A program made the translations under genes and the position numbers. From contig JAWVFG010000051.1 in the NCBI GenBank assembly GCA_033856335.1, positions 1 to 55,969 of the forward strand: a stretch of 55,969 nt of DNA, given 5' to 3'. This stretch comes from Solirubrobacterales bacterium (lineage in GTDB: Bacteria > Actinomycetota > Thermoleophilia > Solirubrobacterales > 70-9). How positions within the stretch are numbered: position 1 is the first letter of the stretch; the number at the start of each line of letters is the position of its first letter. Of this stretch, positions 31,909 to 42,685 are shown one piece after another. The notes beneath the pieces were generated by a model. The model did no database searches, was not told the origin of the DNA, and saw nothing but the letters and a program-made list of their open reading frames with translations.

Positions 31909-32409
31909 ATGAGCAATGAGACTCCCCCTCCCTTTCAGGCGCTGCTCGATCGGCACGGATCAGATGTGCTCGGATTCCTGGTTGCCTCGGTCGGGCCCCA
32001 TGACGCCGAGGACTGCTTCCAGGAGACCTTCATCGCGGCGCTCCGCGCCTACCCGCGCCTGGAGCATGCGAGCAATCTGCGCTCCTGGCTGCTCACCATC
32101 GCCCACCGCAAGGCGATCGATCACCACCGCGCCCGCGGGCGCCGAGCCATCCCGGCTGGAAGCCCCGGCGATGTCGCCGGGGGGAAACCAAGCTCCAACA
32201 ACCGCCCCGACACGAAGGTCGCCGGCGGCGACCCCGAGCTCTGGACGGCGGTCAGCGGCCTCCCGCCCAAGCAGCGGAGCGCGGTCGTGCTGCGCTTCGC
32301 CACGGACATGTCCTATGCCGGGATCGCGCGCTCGCTCGACTGCTCCGAGGATGCCGCGCGTCGCAGCGTCCACGAGGGACTCCAGAAGCTGAGAGGTGAA
32401 TTCGCATGA
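31909..32409 (+). CDS. ECF-type sigma-70 family RNA polymerase sigma factor
   Basis: Region 2 (DCFQETFIAALRAYPRL...SWLLTIAHRKAIDHHRAR) and region 4 (LPPKQRSAVVLRFATDMSYAGIARSLDCSEDAARRSVHEGLQKL). ATG 31909 lies in frame within track ORF 31543..32409. Confidence 0.85.
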   Translation: MSNETPPPFQALLDRHGSDVLGFLVASVGPHDAEDCFQETFIAALRAYPRLEHASNLRSWLLTIAHRKAIDHHRARGRRAIPAGSPGDVAGGKPSSNNRPDTKVAGGDPELWTAVSGLPPKQRSAVVLRFATDMSYAGIARSLDCSEDAARRSVHEGLQKLRGEFA

Positions 32410-33038
32410 ACCCGATGACTGACAAGCAGCTCGAGCGGATGCTGCGCAAGGCTCCATCCGGTGCCGACCTCGACCGCGCGATGGAGGGCGTCCTCGCCCG
32501 CGCCGAGCGGGACGGGCTGATCGACGTGGCCTACGCCGCGGTCGACTCGCCCTTCGGCAAGCTGCTGGTCGCACGGACGGATCGAGGCGTGGTCAGGCTG
32601 GCGCTGCCCAAGCACCGCGGCGCCCAGCAGTCCGAGGACGAGGTGCTCGAGGACCTGGCGCGGTTCGTCTCGCCACGGGTACTCGAGGCTCCGCAGAGGC
32701 TCGACGACGAGCGCCGCGAGCTGGAGGCCTACTTCGAGGGCAAGCGGCATCACTTCGACCTGCCCGTCGACTGGTCGCTGACCGGGCCCGGATTCCGGAG
32801 CCGCGCCCTGCACGCGGTTGCGCGGATCCCCTACGGGCAGACGCGCACCTACGGTGAGATCGCCAAGCAGGCCGGCAACGCCCGGGCCTTCCGCGCCGCC
32901 GGGACGGCGTGCGGGCGCAACCCGATCCCGCTGATCGTCCCCTGCCACCGAGTCGTCCAGTCGGGCGGCGGAGTCGGCAACTACGGCGGCGGACCCGAGA
33001 TGAAGCGGGCGCTGCTGGACCTGGAGGGCGCGCTCTAG
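32406..33038 (+). CDS. ogt: Methylated-DNA--protein-cysteine methyltransferase (Ogt/MGMT) with a ~40-aa N-terminal extension
   Basis: Active site IPCHRV variant LIVPCHRVV and the YGEIA helix-turn-helix region. ATG overlaps the sigma factor stop as ATGA. Confidence 0.9.
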   Translation: MNPMTDKQLERMLRKAPSGADLDRAMEGVLARAERDGLIDVAYAAVDSPFGKLLVARTDRGVVRLALPKHRGAQQSEDEVLEDLARFVSPRVLEAPQRLDDERRELEAYFEGKRHHFDLPVDWSLTGPGFRSRALHAVARIPYGQTRTYGEIAKQAGNARAFRAAGTACGRNPIPLIVPCHRVVQSGGGVGNYGGGPEMKRALLDLEGAL

Positions 33039-33096
33039 GGACCTGCGTCAAGTTCGTTTCGCTGAGCGAGGCAAACTCGCCGCAGATCAAGCGTCG

Positions 33097-33507
33097 TCAG
33101 GTCGGGAGCGGGCCCTGCAGGTTGACCCAGGGCAGCAGCAGGTCCCAGGTGCCGGGGAGGAAGCTGATCAGGATGATCACGAGCACCGCCACCGCGACCG
33201 CTGCCAGCGCGAGGTTGCGTTGGACCCTGTCGCCATTCTGGTGCGCGAAGTAGGCGAAGAGGCCGGCGATCGGGCCGCCGACGATCGGCACCGCGAAGGC
33301 CGCGACGATCAGGAGGGCGCCCAGCACCGCATCGGCGGTCGTGACCTCCGGGAACCACCTGGGTGCCTGCAGCGACGGTCGCGACGCGCGGCGCCGCTCG
33401 AGATCCCGGCGAGCGGCGACCAGGTTCGCGCCGCAGATCGCGCAGCCGGCCGCGAACTGGCTCACGGTTGAGCCGCAGTCGGGGCACTTGGTGACCGCGC
33501 GAGGCAC
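33097..33507 (-). CDS. Zinc-ribbon membrane protein
   Basis: N-terminal CPDCG...CAICG zinc ribbon followed by three hydrophobic helices. Confidence 0.7.
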   Translation of the reverse strand: MPRAVTKCPDCGSTVSQFAAGCAICGANLVAARRDLERRRASRPSLQAPRWFPEVTTADAVLGALLIVAAFAVPIVGGPIAGLFAYFAHQNGDRVQRNLALAAVAVAVLVIILISFLPGTWDLLLPWVNLQGPLPT

Positions 33508-33514
33508 CTCCGCG

Positions 33515-34633
33515 CTAGTTCGAAGTGGAGGCCGCGGCGGAGTTCAGATACTCGCGGACGAAGGCATCGATGTCGCCGTCGAGCACACGCTGGGTGTCCC
33601 CGACCTCGAAGCCGGTGCGATGGTCCTTCACCCGCTGGTCCGGGTGCAGGAAGTAGCTGCGGATCTGCGAGCCCCACTCGGCCGACTTCTGCTCGCCGCG
33701 CTCCTTGGCGAGCTCCTCGGCGCGCTCCAGCTCCTTGCGCTCGAGCAGGCGGGAGCGAAGGATCTGCATCGCCGTGGCCCGGTTCTGGATCTGGGAGCGC
33801 TCGTTCTGGGACTGGGCCACGATCCCCGTCGGGACATGGGTGACGCGAACGGCCGAGTCGGTCTTGTTGACGTGCTGGCCCCCCGCCCCCGAGGCCCGGT
33901 AGGTGTCCACGCGGACGTCCGCGTCGTCGATGTCCACCTCGACGTCGTTTTCGACGAGTGGCGCCACCTCGACCTGCGCGAAGCTCGTGTGCCTGCGCGC
34001 GGACGAATCGAACGGAGAGATCCGGATCAGACGGTGGACGCCGCGTTCCGCCGCGAAGAGCCCATAGGCGTTCTCGCCCCGAACGACGAAGGTCGCGGAC
34101 TTGAGTCCTGCCTCCTCGCCGGGTGAAGCCTCCTTCATCTCGACCTTGAAGCCACGCCGCTCGGCCCAGCGCAGGTACATCCGCAGCAGCATCTCGGCCC
34201 AGTCCTGGGAGTCCGTGCCGCCCGCGCCCGCGTTCACCGTGACGACGGCGTCGCCGGAGTCGAAAGGGCCGGAGAAGAGCCGCTCCTCCTCGAGCTCGGC
34301 CAGCCGCCGCTCGACGGAGTCGAGCTGTGCGGCGAGCTCCGTGGCCATCTCCTCGTCGTCGGCGGCGAGCTCGGACAGCTCGCCGAGATCCCCGATGTCC
34401 TGGCTCAGCGAGCGGAAGCCCTGGAGCCGGCGCTGTGCGCGCGCGTGCTGTGCCGAGATCTCGGCGGCCTTCGCCTGGTCGTCCCAGAAACCGGGCCGCT
34501 GCATCTCCCCCTCCAGCCGATCGACTTCGTCACTCAGCGCCTGCGGGTCAAAGGTAATCCGAGAGCAGCTTCAACTGCCCCCGGATCTCGGCGAGGCGAG
34601 CGGTGATTCCCTCCCTTTGAACCTTCTCGGCCA
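33515..34633 (-). CDS. prfB: Peptide chain release factor 2, requires a programmed +1 frameshift
   Basis: Frame 0 runs from ATG 34633: MAEKVQREGITARLAEIRGQLKLLSDYL, then TGA at 34549-34547. The +1 frame continues DPQALSDEVDRLEGEMQRPGFWDD... to 33515. It carries the RF2 tripeptide SPF and GGQ. Confidence 0.95.
34546..34552 (-). other. prfB: prfB +1 frameshift site CTT TGA C
   Basis: This is the canonical RF2 autoregulatory slippery sequence, read directly on the minus strand (TAC CTT TGA CCC). Confidence 0.9.
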
Positions 34634-34680
34634 TGCCCTAAGGGTATTCCGCCCCGCCCACCACCGCGTGGCTGCTGACC

Positions 34681-35589
34681 CTATTCGGGGACGGTCGCGG
34701 AGATGATCCAGGTCGAGGCCGGCGCGCTGACCTCGTCGGTGCCCTCGTAGTCGACGAGCACCTCCCGGATCTCGGCCTCGAGCTTCGGGCGGATCTTCTC
34801 GGCCTCGTCCCCGGTCAGCCTGATGATCTCGGCGGCCGGGCCGAGCGCCATGTTGAAGCGGACAGCGTGGTCGAGGTCGTTCCCGAGCTTGATCGGCAGG
34901 TCACAGCGGGTGAACGTCGGCTGCTCGAACCCCGCGATCTGCAACTGGTCGCTGACCGTGTCGGCGCTCTGCATGGAGAACGGGCCGGGGCCGCAGGTCG
35001 GCTCATCCGACTCCTCCGGCTCCTCCAGGTACTGCTCGACGACCTGCTCCGCCCGATGGACCCAGGGGTTGTCGAGCTTCCGCCGCCAGACGACGGCGCA
35101 CAGACGGCCGCCCGGCCGTAGCACGCCGCGAATGTTCCGGAGGGCCTGGACCGGGTTCGCGAAGAACATCACTCCCATACGGGAGAAGACGTAGTCGAAC
35201 GTCCCCGGCAGCTCCATCACCTGGACGTCGCCGGCGAGAAAGTCGACGTTGTCGACCCGGGCCTCCTTGGCCTCCTCGATCGACGCCGCGATGAAGGGCT
35301 CGGATACGTCGACACCCACTGCCTCGCCTTCCGGCCCGACCAGGGCGGCGAGCTGCTGGGTCGCGTCGCCAAACCCGCAGCCGACGTCGAGGACGCGGTC
35401 GCCCAGGTTCGGGGGATGGAGGGCCATCGCGGCGTCGCCGTGCAGCTTCAGGCTGTCGACGATCAGCTCGCGGAACTCGACGAAACGATCGAAGAGCACA
35501 CCGCTCCAGGCCTCGGTCGCCTCCTCGTTCTCGGGCGCGACCGCAGTCGGCGGGGCCGTCTCCTCACTCCCCAAAGTGGCCTTCTCCAC
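34681..35589 (-). CDS. Class I SAM-dependent methyltransferase
   Basis: Motif I VLDVGCGFGDAT, followed by a post-I acidic residue and motif II/III spacing. Confidence 0.85.
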   Translation of the reverse strand: MEKATLGSEETAPPTAVAPENEEATEAWSGVLFDRFVEFRELIVDSLKLHGDAAMALHPPNLGDRVLDVGCGFGDATQQLAALVGPEGEAVGVDVSEPFIAASIEEAKEARVDNVDFLAGDVQVMELPGTFDYVFSRMGVMFFANPVQALRNIRGVLRPGGRLCAVVWRRKLDNPWVHRAEQVVEQYLEEPEESDEPTCGPGPFSMQSADTVSDQLQIAGFEQPTFTRCDLPIKLGNDLDHAVRFNMALGPAAEIIRLTGDEAEKIRPKLEAEIREVLVDYEGTDEVSAPASTWIISATVPE

Positions 35590-35619
35590 GGGCCCATGGT
35601 ACGCCGAACTCCTGAGTGG

Positions 35620-36042
35620 TCAGGGGCTCAGCCTGAATTCCTCGTCGAACTCGGGGAGGAACTTCTCGCCGAGCTCCTGGGCGCTGTCCGGCCCGCTGCC
35701 GTAGAGGCGCGCGAAGAACTCCGCCGTCCGCAGCGCCGGCCTCACCTCCCAGCGCATCCTGGTGGGCCCCTCTGCGGCCATCTGGTGAGGCGTCCCGGCG
35801 GGGACCTCGAAGCTCTCGCCCGTTTCGTAGACGCGCTCCTCGCCGTCGATGAACGTCCGCATGGCGCCTTCGAGGATCTCGAACCGCTCCAGCTGACTTG
35901 GGTGAAGGTGTCCCGGGGGCATCCCGCCCTCGCCGGTGTAACTCGCCTCCATCACAAGCAGGTCCTCGCCGGTCTCGACGAAGCGCAGGCGCATGCCGCC
36001 GAAGCCCTCGATCTCCTGCCCCGCGTGGGGGTTGTGGTTCAC
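35620..36042 (-). CDS. Cupin domain protein
   Basis: The cupin motifs are GGMPPGHLHPSQLERFEILEG and VPAGTPHQM. GTG 36042 is the first start downstream of the secA stop. The track ORF to 36408 overlaps secA out of frame. Confidence 0.75.
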   Translation of the reverse strand: MNHNPHAGQEIEGFGGMRLRFVETGEDLLVMEASYTGEGGMPPGHLHPSQLERFEILEGAMRTFIDGEERVYETGESFEVPAGTPHQMAAEGPTRMRWEVRPALRTAEFFARLYGSGPDSAQELGEKFLPEFDEEFRLSP

Positions 36043-36064
36043 GGCTTCGCCATCCTGGCGGCGG

Positions 36065-38905
<2,841 letters not shown>

Positions 38906-38910
38906 TGGGC

Positions 38911-39279
38911 TTAGGTTAGCTGCCGACCCTCGTCAGACCGGCTGCCCCGCAAGCGCTGCATCAGCTTGCGCGTCCTCGGGCGCTTGCGGCGCTTGTCCCG
39001 GTGCTTCTTCACCTGGCGGCGGATGTCCTCCGCCATCTCGTGGATCGAATGGAGCATGTCGGGAGAGGCCTCCTTGGCTCGCAGCGTCACGCCCTTCAGC
39101 CCCAGGGTTGCCTCGGCGACCATCCGGTCGGCGATCCGCGGGTTCTTCTCCTCGTAGAGTTCGACCTCCAGCGTGGCGAGCTCAGAGACCTGCTTCCCAA
39201 CCCGGGCAAACCGCTGGATCACCGCTTCGCGAAGCTCGTCGGTCACCTCAACGTTCTTCCCCCGGACCTCGATCCTCAT
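38911..39279 (-). CDS. hpf: Ribosome hibernation factor (HPF/RaiA family, short form with a basic tail)
   Basis: MRIEVRGKNVEVTDELREAVIQRFARVGKQ... is the sigma-54 modulation/S30EA fold pattern. ATG 39279 follows GGAAGGAGA. The track ORF start at 39483 is unsupported. Confidence 0.9.
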   Translation of the reverse strand: MRIEVRGKNVEVTDELREAVIQRFARVGKQVSELATLEVELYEEKNPRIADRMVAEATLGLKGVTLRAKEASPDMLHSIHEMAEDIRRQVKKHRDKRRKRPRTRKLMQRLRGSRSDEGRQLT

Positions 39280-39284
39280 CGGCG

Positions 39285-39515
39285 GTCTCCTTCCGTCGGG
39301 TTGGCGGCTCCGCATCCTACGCCCGTTTGCGGCACCGTCAGGCGCGGTCCGCTGGCCATCGCCGGCGGGCTGGCGACGGCGGAGAGCGCCACGGCGGCGA
39401 CACGGGCCCCCAGATATCGACTCAACCGCCGCTTCGGCGTGCTGCCCGGATACCGCATTGGTCCCGCTCTCCTCTCTCCACACCGCATCGGTGCCGTCCT
39501 GCCGCCCAGCCTAAT
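39285..39515 (-). ncRNA. Candidate structured RNA in the comF-hpf spacer (raiA-motif-like context)
   Basis: The 238-nt spacer is non-coding. Three nested long-range helices are visible on the minus strand: GGCACCG (39495-39489) with CGGTGCC (39337-39331), GGAGAGCG (39472-39465) with CGCTCTCC (39388-39381), and CGGCGG (39431-39426) with CCGCCG (39397-39392). The motif assignment rests on genomic context and has not been tested with a covariance model. Confidence 0.45.
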
Positions 39516-39518
39516 GAC

Positions 39519-40112
39519 TCAAAGGGCCCGCGCGAGCGTGAGCGCGACGATCCGCCGGCAGCCGCCCTCGCGCAGGGCGCGCGCGCACGCCGTGAGCGTC
39601 GCCCCCGTCGTCCAGACGTCGTCCACCAGCAGCGCCTCCCGCGGAGGACACTGAGCGAGCCAGACGCTCGGCGGATCGTCTAGGCGCTCCGATCGCCGCC
39701 GCCCGACCTGGCGCGGGCCCCGGGCACGCTTCAGACAGGCGCACACCGGCAGGCCTGAGCGTCGCGAAAGGGCGATCGCGATCTCCTCGGCCGGGTCAAA
39801 GCCCCGCCACCTCCACCTCCAGGGCCCCGCCGGGACCGGCACAGCCGCATCGACCAACTCGTGTCGCGGCAGCGCACTCAGCATCGCGGCCGCGGCGACG
39901 TCCGCCAGCGCCAACCGGCGGGCGTACTTGAGGCCATGCACGACCGAGCGCGCGACGCCGTCGAAGGGCGAGGCCGCCAGGGCGACGTCCACACCGGGCG
40001 GCCCCGGCTCGACCACTCTCGGCGCCGCGGCGAGAACCACCTCGCAGCTATGGCAGAGGATCGGCCCCAGCGCGCGAGTGCGGCCGCACGCCGCGCACAA
40101 CGGCGGAGCCAC
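39519..40112 (-). CDS. comFC: ComF family protein (amidophosphoribosyltransferase-like, ComFC)
   Basis: N-terminal Cys pairs (PPLCAACG...CHSCE) and the PRT motif LLVDDVWTTGATL. Conserved-looking residues (SLVDRIVSLV) lie upstream of GTG 40112, where there is no canonical start before the upstream gene's stop at 40232. The 5' end is therefore unresolved; the track ORF extends to 40355. Confidence 0.8.
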   Translation of the reverse strand: MAPPLCAACGRTRALGPILCHSCEVVLAAAPRVVEPGPPGVDVALAASPFDGVARSVVHGLKYARRLALADVAAAAMLSALPRHELVDAAVPVPAGPWRWRWRGFDPAEEIAIALSRRSGLPVCACLKRARGPRQVGRRRSERLDDPPSVWLAQCPPREALLVDDVWTTGATLTACARALREGGCRRIVALTLARAL

Positions 40113-40231
40113 CAGGGAGACGATCCGATCGACGAGCGACGCAGGAATGGGACGACCTTCCGGCCTGAAGCGTGACGGGAGGCGCGTCCACTGCCAGGGA
40201 AGTACATGCGGACATATGAAGAGCTGACCAA

Positions 40232-41275
40232 CTAGCCCAGAGGCCGATCGGCCTCCAGGCCATAGAGGCCGCCGACGATCAGAGCCCCCGCCGGGATCTC
40301 CGCGCCGGGCAGCACCACGCAGTCGCGCAGCATCGCGCCGGCGCCGACCCGGCATCGATCGCCGACCACCACGGGGCCATGCAGGCTCGCCCCCGCCCCG
40401 ACATGGCCGTCCGCCCCGATCAGCACCGGCGCCTTGACCTTGACCGCGTCGAGGTCGGTTCCCCCGGCGGCGTAGATGCCCGGCGACACCTCGGTCGCCG
40501 CCGGCTCCAGGCCCACTGATCCCGAGAGAGCGTCGAGGTTTCCCTGCACGAACTCGCCGACAGAGCCGACGTCGTTCCAGTAGGCGTCGATCTCGTGGGA
40601 GTAAAACGGGATGTCGCCGTCGAGCAGGGCCGGGAAGACGTCCATCGCCCAGTCGACGAATCCCGAAGGCTGGTCGTCATCCTCCGCGGGGCTCTTGTGA
40701 TCTGACGGCGGGAAGTGGTCGAAGATCGCAGAGCTGAACATGTAGATGCCGCAGTTGGCCAGGTCCGAGAGCGCCTCCGCCGGCTCCGGCTTCTCCTGGA
40801 AGCCCTGGATGCGCCCGTCGTCGCCGGTGATCGCGACTCCGAATTGCGTGGTGTCGTCCACCCGCTTGGTGGCGAGAGTGGCGATCGCGCCGCGCTCGAT
40901 GTTCGCCTGGTGCGCCTCGCGCATGGCGCTCAGGTCGATGTCGGTGAGCGCGTCACCGGAGATGATCAGGAACGAGTCCGTCTCCCCCAGGAAGTCGCGG
41001 ACCTTGCCGACGCCTCCCGCCGTTCCGAGTGGCTCGGGCTCTTCGCTGTAGGAGATCCGGAGGCCGAACCCGGAGCCGTCGCCGAGCACCTCGCGGATCC
41101 GCTCCGGCATGTAGGAGAGGTTGGTGACCACGTCCTCGAAGCCGTGCTGGGCGAGCAGCTCGGCGATCCAGGCGACGATCGGCCTGTTGAGCACCGGTGC
41201 GACCGGTTTCGGCATCACGTAGGTGAGCGGTCGCAGCCGCGTGCCCAGCCCCGCCGCCAGGATCATCGCCCTCAT
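40232..41275 (-). CDS. NDP-sugar pyrophosphorylase (nucleotidyltransferase plus left-handed beta-helix)
   Basis: MILAAGLGTRLRPLTYVMPKP signature. The C-terminal region has hexapeptide repeats. Confidence 0.85.
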   Translation of the reverse strand: MRAMILAAGLGTRLRPLTYVMPKPVAPVLNRPIVAWIAELLAQHGFEDVVTNLSYMPERIREVLGDGSGFGLRISYSEEPEPLGTAGGVGKVRDFLGETDSFLIISGDALTDIDLSAMREAHQANIERGAIATLATKRVDDTTQFGVAITGDDGRIQGFQEKPEPAEALSDLANCGIYMFSSAIFDHFPPSDHKSPAEDDDQPSGFVDWAMDVFPALLDGDIPFYSHEIDAYWNDVGSVGEFVQGNLDALSGSVGLEPAATEVSPGIYAAGGTDLDAVKVKAPVLIGADGHVGAGASLHGPVVVGDRCRVGAGAMLRDCVVLPGAEIPAGALIVGGLYGLEADRPLG

Positions 41276-41311
41276 GACGGCGACAGGTTCTCAGACCGCG
41301 GCTGGAGTTGC

Positions 41312-42655
41312 CTAGGGGTTGTCGCCCCCCACTCGCTGCTTCTTTTTCCGCTTCTTCTTGCAGTGCTTCTTCTTGTGCTTCTTCTTCGCGCTCGAGGCGC
41401 GATGTTTCTTGTGGCGCTTGTGCTTCTTGCACTTCTTCTTGGCGGAAGGCGTGGCCGGGCAGGCCGGCGGCACCGACGCCGGGGTCGATCCGACGATCTT
41501 GTCGACGGCGTTGCCGTTCGTGACGTAGAGCTCGCAGCTCGAATCCTCGCCGAACGAGTGTGGACGGTCGAGCGCGCCCGGAGCGCTCTCGGCGCGGTCG
41601 CCGCCCGCCAGGGGAATGCCGAGCTGTATCGAGCGCAGCTCTCCCTGGCAGAGGTCGGTGTAGACGTAGCGCCCGACGAGCTCGGGTATCTGGGTGCCCC
41701 GGTAGACGTAGCCGCCGATGATCGCGCAGCCGAAGGCCTGGCCGCCGCCGGGATCGGAATGCGGGTAATCGAAGACCGGATCGGTGAAGCTGCCGCCGCA
41801 AGAGGTCGGTCCGGCGATGGATCCTTCGCGGCACGGCCAGCCGAAGTTGGCTCCCCGCCCGAGGCCGGTGGACACCGGGGCGACGTCGATCTCCTCCCGC
41901 TCGGTCTCGCCGACGTCGGCGATCACGAGGTCGCCGGTGAGGTGGTCGAAGGAAAAGCGCCACGGATTTCGCAACCCGAGGCTCCAGATCTCAGGGGCGG
42001 GGCTGGCGAGGAAGGGATTCGAATCGGGGATGCCGTGAGCACCCGCCCCGATGCCATGGGGGTCGATCCGCAGGATCTTGCCGAGCGGATTCTCGAGGGT
42101 CCTGGCATTGTCGCCGTTAAGCGCGTCCCCCACGGAGATGTAGAGCAGCCCGTCCTTGCCGAACTGCAGCTGGCCGCCGTTGTGAAGCGGCGCGCTGGTG
42201 TGGTTGATCGTCATCACCGGCCGGCGGCTTGCGGGGTCGGCGACGTTGGGATTCGAGGAGACGTGGTACTCGTCCACGTGGATGTCGCCGTGAGCGGCGC
42301 CGCCCGTCCCGTTGTCCACGAAATCGACGTAGAAGAGCCCGTTGCTCGCGTAGTTCGGGTCGAACGCAATGGAGTTGAAGCCGCGCTCCCCGTTCGTGCT
42401 GTCAACCATGCCGTGGATGTCCAGGAACTGGCTGATGACACCGTCGTGGACCACCTGGACGTAGCCGGGGCGCTCGACGACGAACAGCCGCGAGTCGCCG
42501 GGTGGCGAGGTCATGAAGTTCGGCTGGTTGAAGTCCCCGATCGGCTGCAGGCCGAGAGCGCCGGCGCGCGGCGCCGCCGCTAGCACCCCAAGCAGGCACC
42601 CCGCCAACAGAGCGCTCCGCACCCGCGCTCTCATCCGCCCAACATCAACTCCCAT
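41312..42655 (-). CDS. Secreted PQQ-dependent sugar (glucose/sorbosone) dehydrogenase-like beta-propeller with a polybasic two-Cys C-terminal tail
   Basis: Blocks GERGFNSIAFDP, HNGGQLQFGKDGLLYISVGD, LGKILRIDP, IWSLGLRNPWRFSFD and GANFGWP. The C-terminus is CPATPSAKKKCKKHKRHKKHRASSAKKKHKKKHCKKKRKKKQRVGGDNP. Confidence 0.85.
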   Translation of the reverse strand: MGVDVGRMRARVRSALLAGCLLGVLAAAPRAGALGLQPIGDFNQPNFMTSPPGDSRLFVVERPGYVQVVHDGVISQFLDIHGMVDSTNGERGFNSIAFDPNYASNGLFYVDFVDNGTGGAAHGDIHVDEYHVSSNPNVADPASRRPVMTINHTSAPLHNGGQLQFGKDGLLYISVGDALNGDNARTLENPLGKILRIDPHGIGAGAHGIPDSNPFLASPAPEIWSLGLRNPWRFSFDHLTGDLVIADVGETEREEIDVAPVSTGLGRGANFGWPCREGSIAGPTSCGGSFTDPVFDYPHSDPGGGQAFGCAIIGGYVYRGTQIPELVGRYVYTDLCQGELRSIQLGIPLAGGDRAESAPGALDRPHSFGEDSSCELYVTNGNAVDKIVGSTPASVPPACPATPSAKKKCKKHKRHKKHRASSAKKKHKKKHCKKKRKKKQRVGGDNP

Positions 42656-42685
42656 CCAGGCGGATCCTATGCGGAGGCAGGCAAC

